Shown here piece after piece: positions 1 through 10,510 of a stretch of DNA of 64,000 nt. This DNA is from Kiritimatiellia bacterium. GTDB taxonomy: Bacteria > Verrucomicrobiota > Kiritimatiellia > RFP12 > UBA1067. How positions within the stretch are numbered: the stretch's first letter is position 1; every line of letters begins with the position of its first letter. Location: assembly GCA_017454745.1 (NCBI GenBank), contig JAFTCL010000029.1, positions 23,968-87,967 on the forward strand, given 5' to 3'. The notes beneath the pieces were generated by a model. It had not been told where the DNA came from. It saw nothing but the letters and a program-made list of their open reading frames with translations, and searched no databases. The translations under genes and the position numbers were made by a program.

Positions 1-48
1 CGCGAACTCGAATGGGACTATCCGCAGCGGCGGCGGGGGCAGCTGGCG

Positions 49-1458
49 GTGGGCTTCATGTGTGACGATTCGTTCGGCACGGAGACCGCGAAGCTTGTGC
101 AGAGGCTTGTCACCGAAGGCGAGTTTGACGTTATTCCGCTTAACAAGGCGCAAATCGAGGAAGGTTTCCTGCGGCGTGTCGATGCCGTGCTCGCGCCGTC
201 CGGAGCGGGGTCGGTGAAACCCGCGGTCGGGCTGTATGACGGAAATACGGCTCGGACGAAAGAGTTCCTTTCCCGCGGCGGGCGTGTCTTTGCGTGGGGC
301 CGGGCGGCTGAGGCGGCGAAAGGGTTGGAATCCGGTGTCACATGCGTTGAGGACGCGGAGGACGCGCTGGTGGCGCTTCGCAAGTTCGCGGCGGAGCCGG
401 TTGCCGATACGGTAGCCATTCCGGCCAAGATTGGAAAGCCCGTGCGCGTGGGCATCTATCAGGACGAAAACAACTCCAACATTCCGATCGCAAGGGCGCT
501 CGCGCTCGCGCCGGAATACGATTTGACTTTCCTTGCCCCGGCGGACTACGTGAACGGCGGACTTGAGAAGCTCGATCTTGTGATCCAGCCGGGCGGCAGC
601 TGCACTGCGCAGTATAAGGCGTTGGGCGACAAGGGTGCTGACGCGCTAAAGCGGTTCGTGTTGGATGGCGGTAAGTACTACGGCGTGTGCGCGGGTGCGT
701 TTCTTGCGTTGCAGCAATCGCGTCCCGACCGGCCGCGCCTCGGCCTCGTGCCGTTCAAGGGCGACGACCCCAGCCATTACCGCGGTTCGGCACCGATAAA
801 GGTGACGCTTACGAACGACGGAAAGAATGTCTTCGCTGGTTCGGCTGCGAACCGCAACGTGCTCTATTACGGCGGTCCGGTGCTAGTGCCTGGCAGCCCG
901 GTTGAGGACTCTGACGTTAAAGTTCTCGCGCGTTACGCGGGGCGTATCGTCAACACTTGCCAGCCGGAGTCGGTCGAAGAGATGGTTGGCAAGGCCGCGT
1001 TTGTCGGCGGCAGGGTGGGCAAAGGCAAGGTGTTCCTCTCGTGCCCGCATCCGGAAAAGGCGGAGAACAACTTCGACTTGGTACGGAGCGGGATAAAGTT
1101 CCTTACGGGAGTGGCGCCGACGCCGGTGAACCTCGACAGAAGGCGCGGGACGGTATCAGTGAGATACCGTTCATCTGACAAGGCATCCGCCCAGTTTCTG
1201 TTCAACACTCTTCTTCGCGACAAGCGCGTAGACGTGTGGCCGGGCAAGGATTTGAACGACCTTCCGCATATCGATACGGTGGTTCTCACGGACAAGGTGT
1301 CCGATACAGATGCGAAGCGTCTGAACGGCTACATTGCGCGCGGCGGCAGGGTGGTGGTAGTGGTGGACGCGGAGACAAAACGCGAAACTGCCGCGAAACT
1401 GAATGGAGCCATTACCGTGGATTCTTATGACAAGGTGGTGGACGCCATCCTGAAATGA
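49..1458 (+). CDS. Class I glutamine amidotransferase-like (DJ-1/PfpI or BPL_N type) multi-domain protein. The frame is open back to position 1, so the gene may be 5'-partial.
   Basis: 469-aa ORF. Central LVIQPGG...KYYGVCAGAFLA segment resembles the nucleophile-elbow region of GATase1-like/DJ-1 folds. Repeated alpha/beta segments. No stop codon between position 1 and 49 in this frame. Confidence 0.4.
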   Translation: MGFMCDDSFGTETAKLVQRLVTEGEFDVIPLNKAQIEEGFLRRVDAVLAPSGAGSVKPAVGLYDGNTARTKEFLSRGGRVFAWGRAAEAAKGLESGVTCVEDAEDALVALRKFAAEPVADTVAIPAKIGKPVRVGIYQDENNSNIPIARALALAPEYDLTFLAPADYVNGGLEKLDLVIQPGGSCTAQYKALGDKGADALKRFVLDGGKYYGVCAGAFLALQQSRPDRPRLGLVPFKGDDPSHYRGSAPIKVTLTNDGKNVFAGSAANRNVLYYGGPVLVPGSPVEDSDVKVLARYAGRIVNTCQPESVEEMVGKAAFVGGRVGKGKVFLSCPHPEKAENNFDLVRSGIKFLTGVAPTPVNLDRRRGTVSVRYRSSDKASAQFLFNTLLRDKRVDVWPGKDLNDLPHIDTVVLTDKVSDTDAKRLNGYIARGGRVVVVVDAETKRETAAKLNGAITVDSYDKVVDAILK

Positions 1459-1690
1459 CACTTAACATCCATATTAAGGTATGAAACACGAAAAAGCGGT
1501 CAAGTATTCCGGGTGGGTCGCGGTTGCCGCGCTTTGCGTATGGTGTCAAGCGATCATCTGCCGTACCTGCTGCAAAACATACGGCTGGTAATTCATCGAT
1601 TATGAATAGTGACCGCCGCGAATACGAGTGTCCCGATCAGAATTGGTGTCCGCCGAATTGCGTAAAAACGCTACTTGGAGTGGGTTAGCG

Positions 1691-1719
1691 TTGACTAACC
1701 TGGGGGCGGGTGATACAAT
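1691..1719 (+). promoter_or_regulatory. Sigma70-like promoter for the 1757..5827 gene.
   Basis: TTGACT (1691-1696), 17-nt spacer, TACAAT (1714-1719), read directly from the sequence about 40-80 nt upstream of the candidate starts. Confidence 0.45.
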
Positions 1720-1756
1720 ATAAAAAAAGTTGGAGTTGCCGCTGGAGCGATAGGCG

Positions 1757-4700
1757 GTGGGCCGGCTTTGGAAAGGACAGGGCACTGTGGACGATAATAT
1801 GGCCAAATCGGTTCTTAATGGATTTGATGTGTGTAACGCCACATTGGCGAAGCCGGGGGCGCGACACTATCGAACGTTGACGGCGGGATGTTGTCTGGCG
1901 CTTGGAATCATTGCTGTTGGAAACGCCGTGGCGGCACCGGAAAACGGCAGGTATATCCATGTGCGCCTTGAGCGTATCCCAGCGATATTGTCGATTGCGG
2001 AACTTGAGGCGTTCGCCGGCGGAGATAATGTGGCCAAGGGACGTCCCGCGTTCCAGAGTACGGTGGGTTACGGCGGCGTTCCGGCGCGGGCGGTGGACGG
2101 CAACACCAATCCCGACTGGGGCAGCGAGACCATAACGCACACCGACGAGGGGCGCAAGAACAGCCCGCAGTGGTGGGAGGTGGATCTTGGAAAAAACGTC
2201 GAGGTGTCCAAGATCGTGCTGCATAACCGAAAGGGGTACAGCCACCGTTCCGACGGCGTGCAGGTGTTGCTGCTTGACGAGCGCCGACGCGTGGTGCGCG
2301 GCAAGACGTTCGCCGACGCGGGACCGCTGGTTCTGGAGATGGATCTTGCGACGGAAGCGTGCGCGGAATGTGCCGGAGAGGAAATCGAAGACGTGACCGT
2401 GCCGCCAGCCACGCCGGCAGAGATACGCGCCGCATACGAAAAACGGGCCACATGGGTTGATTCCGTTGCGGCAACGGCGGCAAAGCTGCGCCGGTACCAG
2501 ACGCTGCTGCCGCTTATCGACCGGTTGGTGGAGGACTTCCCGGACCATGCGGAGGAGATAGTGGGGAATCTCGGTTCCGGGAATTTCTCGAAAGCCGAGC
2601 TGATGAAGGGCGCACCGAAGCTTGCGTCCACATCCGACGAGTCCAAATTGCTTGCGCTTGAGACGCTGAAGTGGTTCAACGCCGCCGCGATGGAACGCGC
2701 CATCCGCGCTTACTCCGCCAAATACCCTAGTGCATACGGTGATCCTGCCGCGTTGCTGGCAAGGCTTGCGGAGGTTAAGAAGTCTATTGAGGGTGCGGCG
2801 AACGAAGAGACGAGACTTAATGCTGCGGCGGCCCTTATGAAGTTACAGGACGATTTGTTCCTGCGCCATCCCGCCGTTGATTTCACGCATTTTTTGATGG
2901 TCAAGCGCAGTCGAAAATCACATTCAGGTCTGCCGCACAATTGGCAGGGCAACTCATCTGTGCCGTTGGAGGGGTATTTGAACGCCATTGTTTCATTGCC
3001 GATTCGCCGTGGCACGGGAGAGCGAGGGCGTACCATTGCCGCGTCGAATTATTTTCTTGGGGACGTCGATCTGGACTTCGATGCGGACAAGATCGCCTAT
3101 TCTGGCGGTCTCGACAGCGAAAAACGATGGTGCGTACTTGAAACGCGCCTTGATAAGCCTCTTGTCAAGACGCTCAAAACGCCTTCCGGTATGAACGACA
3201 TCGATTGTTACGACCCTTGCTATCTTCCCGACGGCCGCATGCTGTTCGTCTCCACCAGCGGCTTTCACGGCGTGCCGTGCGTTACCGGTTCCGACTATGT
3301 GGGCAACACGCATCTTCTTGAAAAGGATGGCGGGGTGAAACGCCTGGTGTTCGATCAGGACAACAGCTGGTGTCCCGTGGTGATGAACAACGGCCGTGTT
3401 CTCTATTTGAGATGGGAATACACCGACAGCGCACATTACTTCTCCCGCGTTATGATGACCATGAACGTGGACGGCTCCGACCAAAAGGCGTTCTACGGGT
3501 CGAACTCTTACTGGCCGAACTCGCTGTTTTACGCACGGCCGCTGCCGGGATCCGTCACGAAATTTTGCGGGATAGCTTCCGGCCACCACGGTTGTGCGCG
3601 CGAGGGAGAACTGGTACTCTTCGACGTGATGAAAGGGAGGAACGAAACGGAAGGTGTGATCCAGCGTATACCGGGATGGGGTAAGCCCGTTGCGAACAAG
3701 GCGCGCGACCAATTGGTGAACGGTTCGAGTCCGCGTTTCCTCCACCCGTATCCGCTGGCCGACGAGCTTTTCCTGACATCCGTCCACCGCGGCAACGGCG
3801 ACCCGTTCATCGTGGCCTTCGCGGACATTTATGACAACATCGTTCCCGTGTGCGTCTCTGCCGACTGGAACTGTCTGGAGCCGTTGCCGATAAAGAAACG
3901 CAGTCGTCCGCAGATGTCCGTGGACAGGCGCAACGACGCTGTTGACACCTGCACCGTCTATCTTCAGAATGTTAATTTCGGCGCGGGTCTGAAGGGCGTT
4001 CCGAACAATGTGGCCAAAAAACTCCGCCTGTTCTCCTACAGTTATTCGCCGCGCAACGTGGGCGGCCACTACAACATTGGTTTCGAGGGACCGTGGGACA
4101 TTCGCAACATCCTTGGCGAGGTGGAACTGGAAAAGGACGGCAGCGCGATCTTCACCGTCCCCGCCAATACGCCGTTCGCCATCCAACCGTTGGACTCAAA
4201 CGGATGCAAGCTTCAGGAGATGCGCTCGTGGTTTGTGGGCGTTCCCGGAGAGGTGATTTCCTGCACGGGATGCCACGAGAACCAGAACGAGGCACCGCCC
4301 GCGGCCAACTCCATCGCGGCGCGGAAGCGTCCGCAAACACCCGCGCCGTGGTACGGTCCGCGCCGCAACTATGCGTTTTTGCGCGAGGTGCAGCCGGTGC
4401 TCGACCGGAAATGCGTTGGATGCCACAACCCGAACAGCGGGCTAAAGACGCGGATGGGTGCGCCGTTGCCGGACTTCGACGGCAGCAAGATGGAGGGACA
4501 CTACTCCAGGGCCTATGTCAATTTGATGCCTTACGTGCGGAGGAACGGTCCCGAGGGCGACTACCATCTGCTTACGCCGCTGGAGTTTCACGTGTCAACG
4601 TCCGAACTGTACCAACGGCTTGAAAAGGGGCATCACAATGTGAAGCTCACCGCCGAAGAGTGGTCGAGAATCGTCACCTGGATGGATCTTAACGTTCCTT

Positions 4701-5827
4701 TCTGGGGCACTTGGACCGAGGAGACCGGCGGGAACCAGCGTACCCAGATGAATTTGGCCCGCAGAAAAGAGATGGCGTTGAAATGGGCCGGCGACAAGTA
4801 TGACCCCGAGAAGATCGGGAATCCATACGTTCCCGGCACGGAGCGTTTCGAGGCGCCGCCCGCAGGGGAGAAGTCGAATAAAGAGATTAAAGTCGAAGGC
4901 TGGCCGTTCGCCGCCACGCGGGCGAAAGAGATGCAGGGCGAAAATAAGCCTCGCACGTTAGACATCGGGAGCGGCGAGCAGTTGGAGTTCGCGTACATCC
5001 CCGCCGGCTCTTTCGCGATGGGTTCAAACGAACTTACGCCCGCCGAGCGCCCGGTGTGCAAAGCCACGATCGGCAAAGGATTCTGGATGGCGACGAAAGA
5101 GATCACACAGGGGCAGTTCCGTCTAATGGACCCGAATTTCGACAACGGAGTGTACGACAAACATTACAAAGACCAGGTGAATCGCGGTTACTACATGGGC
5201 GGTCGGGATCCGGATTTCGCCCAGCCCGGCAACGAGAAGTTCCCCGCCATCCGCGTGAGCTGGGACATGGCGCAGCAGTATTGCGCGTGGCTCTCGAAGC
5301 GGCTTGGCAGGAAGGTCCGCCTGCCCACCGAGGCCGAATGGGAGTGGGCCTGCCGCGCCGGAACGGACACCGAATTCAACTACGGTACAAAAGACGATGA
5401 CTTCTCCAAGCATGAGAACATGGCCGACTATATGTTTATCGAGCTGGCCGTGGTTGGGGTGAATCCGCAGCCGTTTGCCCGCGGCGATGATCCGCAGCCG
5501 AAAAATCTGCCGCCCGCGCTGTGGGATTACGAGTTGCGTGACCGCCGCTTCAACGACCATGTGCTTCATCTTGCGAAGGTTGGCAGCTACGCGCCCAACG
5601 TCTGGGGGCTTTACGATATGCACGGAAACGTAGCGGAGTGGACATCAAGCCCGTGGCGGTCTTACCCTTATGACGAGAAAACTGCTGACGGCGATCTTAA
5701 AGTAGTGCGCGGCGGATCGTGGTACCGGCGTCCGGTGGTTAGCTCAAGCGCCTGGCGTTGGCGCTATCCGTCATGGATGCGTCCGTTCGATGTTGGATTC
5801 CGCGTGGTCGTAGAGGATCTGCCATGA
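1757..5827 (+). CDS. Large secreted multi-domain protein: N-terminal F5/8 type C (discoidin) domain, central Planctomycete-cytochrome-like region with two CxxCH haem motifs, and a C-terminal formylglycine-generating-enzyme (SUMF1/FGE) family domain.
   Basis: 1356-aa ORF. Signal-peptide-like TAGCCLALGIIAVGNAVAA; an alternative start at MAKS (1799) is possible. Discoidin-like block AVDGNTNPDWGSE...WWEVDLGK. Motifs CTGCHENQ and CVGCHNPNSG. FGE hallmarks RVSWDMAQQYCAWL, LPTEAEWEWACRAG, NVWGLYDMHGNVAEWTSS and VVRGGSWY. Confidence 0.7.
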   Translation: MGRLWKGQGTVDDNMAKSVLNGFDVCNATLAKPGARHYRTLTAGCCLALGIIAVGNAVAAPENGRYIHVRLERIPAILSIAELEAFAGGDNVAKGRPAFQSTVGYGGVPARAVDGNTNPDWGSETITHTDEGRKNSPQWWEVDLGKNVEVSKIVLHNRKGYSHRSDGVQVLLLDERRRVVRGKTFADAGPLVLEMDLATEACAECAGEEIEDVTVPPATPAEIRAAYEKRATWVDSVAATAAKLRRYQTLLPLIDRLVEDFPDHAEEIVGNLGSGNFSKAELMKGAPKLASTSDESKLLALETLKWFNAAAMERAIRAYSAKYPSAYGDPAALLARLAEVKKSIEGAANEETRLNAAAALMKLQDDLFLRHPAVDFTHFLMVKRSRKSHSGLPHNWQGNSSVPLEGYLNAIVSLPIRRGTGERGRTIAASNYFLGDVDLDFDADKIAYSGGLDSEKRWCVLETRLDKPLVKTLKTPSGMNDIDCYDPCYLPDGRMLFVSTSGFHGVPCVTGSDYVGNTHLLEKDGGVKRLVFDQDNSWCPVVMNNGRVLYLRWEYTDSAHYFSRVMMTMNVDGSDQKAFYGSNSYWPNSLFYARPLPGSVTKFCGIASGHHGCAREGELVLFDVMKGRNETEGVIQRIPGWGKPVANKARDQLVNGSSPRFLHPYPLADELFLTSVHRGNGDPFIVAFADIYDNIVPVCVSADWNCLEPLPIKKRSRPQMSVDRRNDAVDTCTVYLQNVNFGAGLKGVPNNVAKKLRLFSYSYSPRNVGGHYNIGFEGPWDIRNILGEVELEKDGSAIFTVPANTPFAIQPLDSNGCKLQEMRSWFVGVPGEVISCTGCHENQNEAPPAANSIAARKRPQTPAPWYGPRRNYAFLREVQPVLDRKCVGCHNPNSGLKTRMGAPLPDFDGSKMEGHYSRAYVNLMPYVRRNGPEGDYHLLTPLEFHVSTSELYQRLEKGHHNVKLTAEEWSRIVTWMDLNVPFWGTWTEETGGNQRTQMNLARRKEMALKWAGDKYDPEKIGNPYVPGTERFEAPPAGEKSNKEIKVEGWPFAATRAKEMQGENKPRTLDIGSGEQLEFAYIPAGSFAMGSNELTPAERPVCKATIGKGFWMATKEITQGQFRLMDPNFDNGVYDKHYKDQVNRGYYMGGRDPDFAQPGNEKFPAIRVSWDMAQQYCAWLSKRLGRKVRLPTEAEWEWACRAGTDTEFNYGTKDDDFSKHENMADYMFIELAVVGVNPQPFARGDDPQPKNLPPALWDYELRDRRFNDHVLHLAKVGSYAPNVWGLYDMHGNVAEWTSSPWRSYPYDEKTADGDLKVVRGGSWYRRPVVSSSAWRWRYPSWMRPFDVGFRVVVEDLP

Positions 5828-8607
5828 GTGGAAGCTCCGCTATTAAAGGGGAGATGGGGCGGCTGGCGTGGGGCACAGACGCAGGGTTCTACCGTATCCT
5901 GCCAGAAGAGGTGCTGATGCCGGCTGACGAGGAGGACGTGCGGAGCATCTTGGGGCGTGCCCGCCGCGAGGGTAAGAGCGTCACGTTCCGGTCGGCGGGG
6001 ACTTCGCTTTCGGGGCAGGCGATTACCGACTCGCTGCTTGTCGTGTGCGGCAAGAAGTGGGAAAAATTTGAGGTGCTTGACAGCGGCGCGAGAATCCGTC
6101 TCCAGCCCGGCATTGTGGGCGGCAGAGTGAATGAGGTGTTGAAACCCTACGGGCGCAGATTCACGCCCGACCCCGCTTCGGTCAACAGCGCGATGGTGGG
6201 TGGCATCGTGATGAACAACGCCTCCGGCATGAGTTGCGGTACGCACGCGAACAGTTACCGCATGATCGATTCCGTGCGGATCGTTCTCGCGGACGGCACT
6301 ACGCTCGACACCGGAGATGCCGAGAGCCGCGCCGCGTTTACGGTTTCGCACCGCGACTTTATAAAGCGGATTCAGGAGTTGCGCGACGGTGTGCGCACCA
6401 ACGCCGCCCTTGCGGAGCGTATCCGCCGCAAGTATGCCATCAAGAACGTTACGGGGCTTACGATTCTCCCGTTCGTGGAGTTTGACGACCCGTTTGAGAT
6501 TATCGCGCATTTGATTCCGGGAAGCGAGGGAACGCTGGCGTTCCTTTCCGAGGTCACGTTCAGAACTGGCAAGATTGTGCCGCTTTCGGAGTCCGCGCTT
6601 CTGCTCTTTCCTTCCTCCCGCATGGCCTGCGAGGCCGTGGTGGCAATCAAGGCGACCGGGGTGGCGGTGGCGGCGGAGTTTTTCGACCGTCGTGCCATGA
6701 GGGCCGTGGAGAAGGACTTTCCGGAGCTTTCCGGTCTGCCGGACGAAGCCGGGGCGTTGCTTGTGAAAACGAAGGCTGAGGACGGGGTGCAACTCACCGC
6801 TCACCGTGCCGCGATACTTACCGCGCTTGGGCCGTTTACGCTCGCCGCGCCGGCCGCGTTCACGTCCGCCCCCGCCGAAGTCGCCAGATTTTGGGCGATG
6901 CGCAGCGGAATATTTCCCGCCGTCGGCGGCACCAGAGAAATCGGCACCACCTGTCTCATTGAAGACATTGCCGTGCCGATTGAGTGCCTTGCCGAGGCAA
7001 CGGAAGATCTGCAACGGCTTTTTGTGGCGCACAACTATCCCGATGCCGTCATCTATGGGCACGCTCTCGACGGCAACTGGCACTTCATTCTAAACCAGCG
7101 CTTCGACACGCAGGAGGCCGTGGCGCAATATGACTCGATGATGCGCGATGTTGTGTCGCTCGTCACCGAGAAATACTGCGGATCGCTCAAGGCCGAGCAT
7201 GGCACGGGACGTAACATGGCACCGTTTGTGCGTCGCGAATGGGGCGATGACGCTTATTTGCTCATGAAGGAAGTGAAGTCGCTTTTCGACCCGGAAGGGA
7301 TTCTGAACCCAGGCGTGATTTTTAACGAAGACGAATCGGCTTACGTGAGCAACTTGAAACCGTTGCCGCGTCTCGATCCGATTGTTGACAGATGTATTGA
7401 ATGCGGCTTCTGCGAGGTAAAGTGCGTTGCTCACGGGTACGCGCTTTCATCGCGCCAACGGATTGTGGTGCAACGCGAGATTGCGCGGCTTAACGCTTTG
7501 AACGACCCGGCGGAGTGGAGAAGGGCGAAGCGGCTTGTACGCGAATTCCGAAGCGCGGGGCGAGATCTTTGCGCAGGCGACGGACTTTGTTCCACGGCGT
7601 GCCCGGTGGGGATTAACACAGGTGAGCTGATTCATGTGATACGCGGGCGCGAGATGTCCTTGCTCGCGAAAAGAGCCGGGGGCTTTGCGGCGGATCACTT
7701 TGCTTTTGTGGCGGGACTCGCGGCAGCAATGTTGCGTTTGGCATCGTTTGGACGAAGCGTTTTGGGTACGCGGCTGATGGCGTCGGTTTGCAGGGCGTTG
7801 CACAAAGGGACGTTCGGGATGGTTCCGTTGTGGACTCCCGCGACACCCGGCGCGGCGAACGCCGTGAAAACGCGTAAATGCGCAATGGCGGCAGCGGGGC
7901 GTTCCGGGAAAGTGGTGTATTTCCCTTCGTGCATCAACCAACGCATGGGCGCGTTACCGGGAGAACGACCCGTTGTTGAGGAGACGGTTGAACTTCTGGG
8001 CAAGGCGGGGTACGAAGTGGTGTTTCCCGGGGGAATGGAGAAGCTGTGTTGCGGCATGATATGGGAGTCGAAGGGGATGCCGGACATTGCCGACCGCAAG
8101 ACGGCGGAACTTGAAACCGCCCTCCGCAGCGCATCGGAGAACGGCAGATGGCCGATTCTTTGCGACCAAAGCCCATGTCTGCACCGGATGCGCGAGAAGA
8201 TTAACGGGCTTAATCTCTACGAACCAGCCGGGTTTATTGATAAGTTTGTGTTGGACAAAGTGCGTATCAAGCCTTTGCCGAAGGACTGGTGCGTGGCGGT
8301 ACACATCACCTGTTCCACGCGGCGGATGGGACTTGCGGATACTATGGTGCGAGTTGCCCGCGCCTGTGCGAAAAACGTGTTTGTGCCGGAGGAGGTGGGG
8401 TGTTGCGCGTTCGCCGGTGACAAAGGTTTCACGCATCCGGAGTTGAACGCTTGGGCGCTGCGCAAGTTGCGTCAGCAGATTGAACACGCCGGGGCCGTAC
8501 ACGGTTACAGTAATTCGCGTACCTGCGAAATCGGCCTTGCGACCCATTCCGACATCCCGTACTCCAACATCGTCCATCTCGTAAACCGCGTAGCCACCGC
8601 AAAGTAA
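5825..8607 (+). CDS. FAD-binding and Fe-S-binding oxidoreductase (YdiJ/D-lactate dehydrogenase-like; FAD PCMH domain fused to a 4Fe-4S dicluster and CCG domains).
   Basis: N-terminal FAD-linked oxidase motifs (RSAGTSLSGQA, GGIVMNNASG). C-terminal CIECGFCEVKC and CAGDGLCSTACP ferredoxin-like cysteine clusters, plus CCG-type cysteines (LCCGM, CCAFAGD). The start at 5825 (MSGSSAIKGE) overlaps the upstream stop by ATGA; the ORF-track start at 5758 would overlap 70 nt. Confidence 0.75.
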
Positions 8608-8624
8608 TGTCGGTATAAAACGGC

Positions 8625-9527
8625 ATGCTGAGTGGTGTTAAAAGAAAAGAGGTAATTTTGAAAATGAACAATAGTAGACGGAGGTTTGGAGCTAGTTTTA
8701 TGTCGGACGCACCGGTGATTAAAGTCGAGGATATGTGTTTCCTGCGCGGAGATCAGGAGATCCTGCACAACGTGTCGTTTCAGATCGCGCCAAATTCGCT
8801 GGTGGCGGTGGTGGGACCCAACGGCGGCGGCAAGACCACGCTGCTGAAGATTCTGTTGGGCGAACTGTCGCCGCAATACGGCAAAGTCCAGGTGTTGGGC
8901 GGCACCCCGGCGGCGGCGCGTCCGCGCATCGGTTATGTGCCGCAGCTGATTCCGTTCGATCCCCGGTTTCCGGTGTCGGTGATGGAGGTGGCGTTGATGG
9001 GAAGGGTGTCGCGCTGCCGGTTCGGCTGTTACGGCGCGAGCGACCGCGAGGCCGCCGCTGCCGCGCTGGAGCGGGTGGGGCTGGCCGGTTTTGCCGACCG
9101 TCCGTTCGCGAAACTTTCCGGCGGGGAACGGCAGCGGGTGATGATCGCGCAGGCGTTGGCAGGCGGTTCGGAGCTGTTGCTGCTTGATGAACCGGTGGCG
9201 AATGTCGATCCAGAACACGCCAGTCGGCTTTACGATCTTTTCAGCGGGTTGACTTCCTCCATGACGGTGCTGATGGTTTCTCACAACCTCAGCGTGGTAA
9301 CCGGCAACGCCACCCATGTGCTATGCGTAAACCGGGGCGCCGGGCTGCACGCCATCGGCGAGGTGGCCTCCGCGACCTTCCGGGAATCCTTTGGCGGGAT
9401 GCTGACCGAGATCCGCCACGGTTGCGACTGCCAGGTCTCCGATCCCGCCGCCGGTTTGCGCGGTCCGCACCACGGGCAGTGTCATTGCGCTGGGGAATGC
9501 GCGTATTCCGAGACCGGTGTTTTATAG
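8625..9527 (+). CDS. ABC transporter ATP-binding protein, ZnuC/metal-type, with a His/Cys-rich C-terminal tail.
   Basis: Walker A VAVVGPNGGGKTTLLKIL, signature LSGGERQRVMIAQAL, Walker B LLLDEPVANVD. Tail HGCDCQVSD...HHGQCHCAGEC. The true start may be the internal M at about 8700. Confidence 0.8.
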   Translation: MLSGVKRKEVILKMNNSRRRFGASFMSDAPVIKVEDMCFLRGDQEILHNVSFQIAPNSLVAVVGPNGGGKTTLLKILLGELSPQYGKVQVLGGTPAAARPRIGYVPQLIPFDPRFPVSVMEVALMGRVSRCRFGCYGASDREAAAAALERVGLAGFADRPFAKLSGGERQRVMIAQALAGGSELLLLDEPVANVDPEHASRLYDLFSGLTSSMTVLMVSHNLSVVTGNATHVLCVNRGAGLHAIGEVASATFRESFGGMLTEIRHGCDCQVSDPAAGLRGPHHGQCHCAGECAYSETGVL

Positions 9528-10510
9528 CGGGCGCCGGGGAGGTCGGCCACAAAGCGCGGCATGGCCAGTCCGCCCAGCCGGGCGGCGAGTTCCCGTTCGA
9601 TCTGCCGGGCGCGTGAAGCCGGAACGCGGAACGGCGCGATACCAGCCACCGGGTCGCAGACGAAAACGTAGTAAGGGCGCACCCGGTTGCGCTGGAGCTT
9701 GGCGCACAGCTCGAACATTGTGTCCGCCGAGTCGTTCACCCCTTTCAGCAGCACCGATTGGTTCGACACCGGAATGCCGGCATCCGCCAGCAGGGCGCAG
9801 GCGGATGCCGCTTCGGGGGTAATCTCGCGGGGATGGTTGAACTGGGTGTTGACCCACACTTTGCGAAATCTTCCGAGCGCAGCCGCCAACGTCGGGGTGA
9901 TGCGCATCGGCAGCGTTGAGAGTGTCCGGGTGCCGATACGGACGGCGTCAATCTGCGGCAACGCGGCAAACGCCTTAACCGTCTCGATCAGTTTGCGGTC
10001 GGAGAGCAGCAGCGGATCACCGCCGGAAATCAGAACTTCGCGCACTTTAGGATGTTGTCGCACCCAATCAACGGCGGCGGCCAATTGTTCCAGCGAGTTC
10101 ACCGTTTCGGCGGAGCCAAGCAGGTTTTTGCGGGTGCAGTGTCGACAGTTCATCGCGCAACGGGCGGAAGCCATTAGTAACACCCGGTCGGGGAAGCGCT
10201 GTTTCAATCCCCGGCAGCGGGCGGCTCGTCCGCTCTCGGCGAAAGGGTCCGGCCCGATGCCCGGTTCAGCCTTGAGTTCATCGGGGTGCGGCAGCATCTG
10301 AAGGTTGATCGGGTCCGCCGGGGCGGAGGGCGTCAACTGCGAAAGCGCGTACGGGGTGAGAAAAACCGGGTAACGGGCTTGCACCGTCCGGGTCGCCGGG
10401 AGGTTCAGCCCGTAAACCGCGCAGAACACCTCGTCAATGTCGGTCAGCGCGTGGCGAAGCTGCCAACGCCAGTCCGACCAGGCCGAAACTTTTTTTCTTT
10501 TGGTTGTCAT
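9482..10510 (-). CDS. KamA-family radical SAM protein (lysine 2,3-aminomutase / EpmB-like).
   Basis: 342 aa. N-terminal DWRWQLRHALTDIDEV typical of the KamA family. Radical-SAM cluster CAMNCRHCTRK (CxxxCxxC). Confidence 0.75.
   Translation of the reverse strand: MTTKRKKVSAWSDWRWQLRHALTDIDEVFCAVYGLNLPATRTVQARYPVFLTPYALSQLTPSAPADPINLQMLPHPDELKAEPGIGPDPFAESGRAARCRGLKQRFPDRVLLMASARCAMNCRHCTRKNLLGSAETVNSLEQLAAAVDWVRQHPKVREVLISGGDPLLLSDRKLIETVKAFAALPQIDAVRIGTRTLSTLPMRITPTLAAALGRFRKVWVNTQFNHPREITPEAASACALLADAGIPVSNQSVLLKGVNDSADTMFELCAKLQRNRVRPYYVFVCDPVAGIAPFRVPASRARQIERELAARLGGLAMPRFVADLPGARYKTPVSEYAHSPAQ

Noticed and set aside
2993-4186. 397-aa antisense ORF inside the 1356-aa gene. Similar long antisense ORFs lie at 5764..7083, 19929..21641, 37638..38837, 41177..42100 and 49931..50602.
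   Set aside because: These are typical shadow ORFs of high-GC DNA. They lack starts with an RBS, lack domain motifs, and are entirely embedded in well-supported genes on the opposite strand.
5758-5824. ORF-track start (MALSVMDAS…) for the FAD/Fe-S oxidoreductase.
   Set aside because: It would overlap the upstream gene by 70 nt. The ATG at 5825, overlapping the stop as ATGA, gives a standard coupled start.
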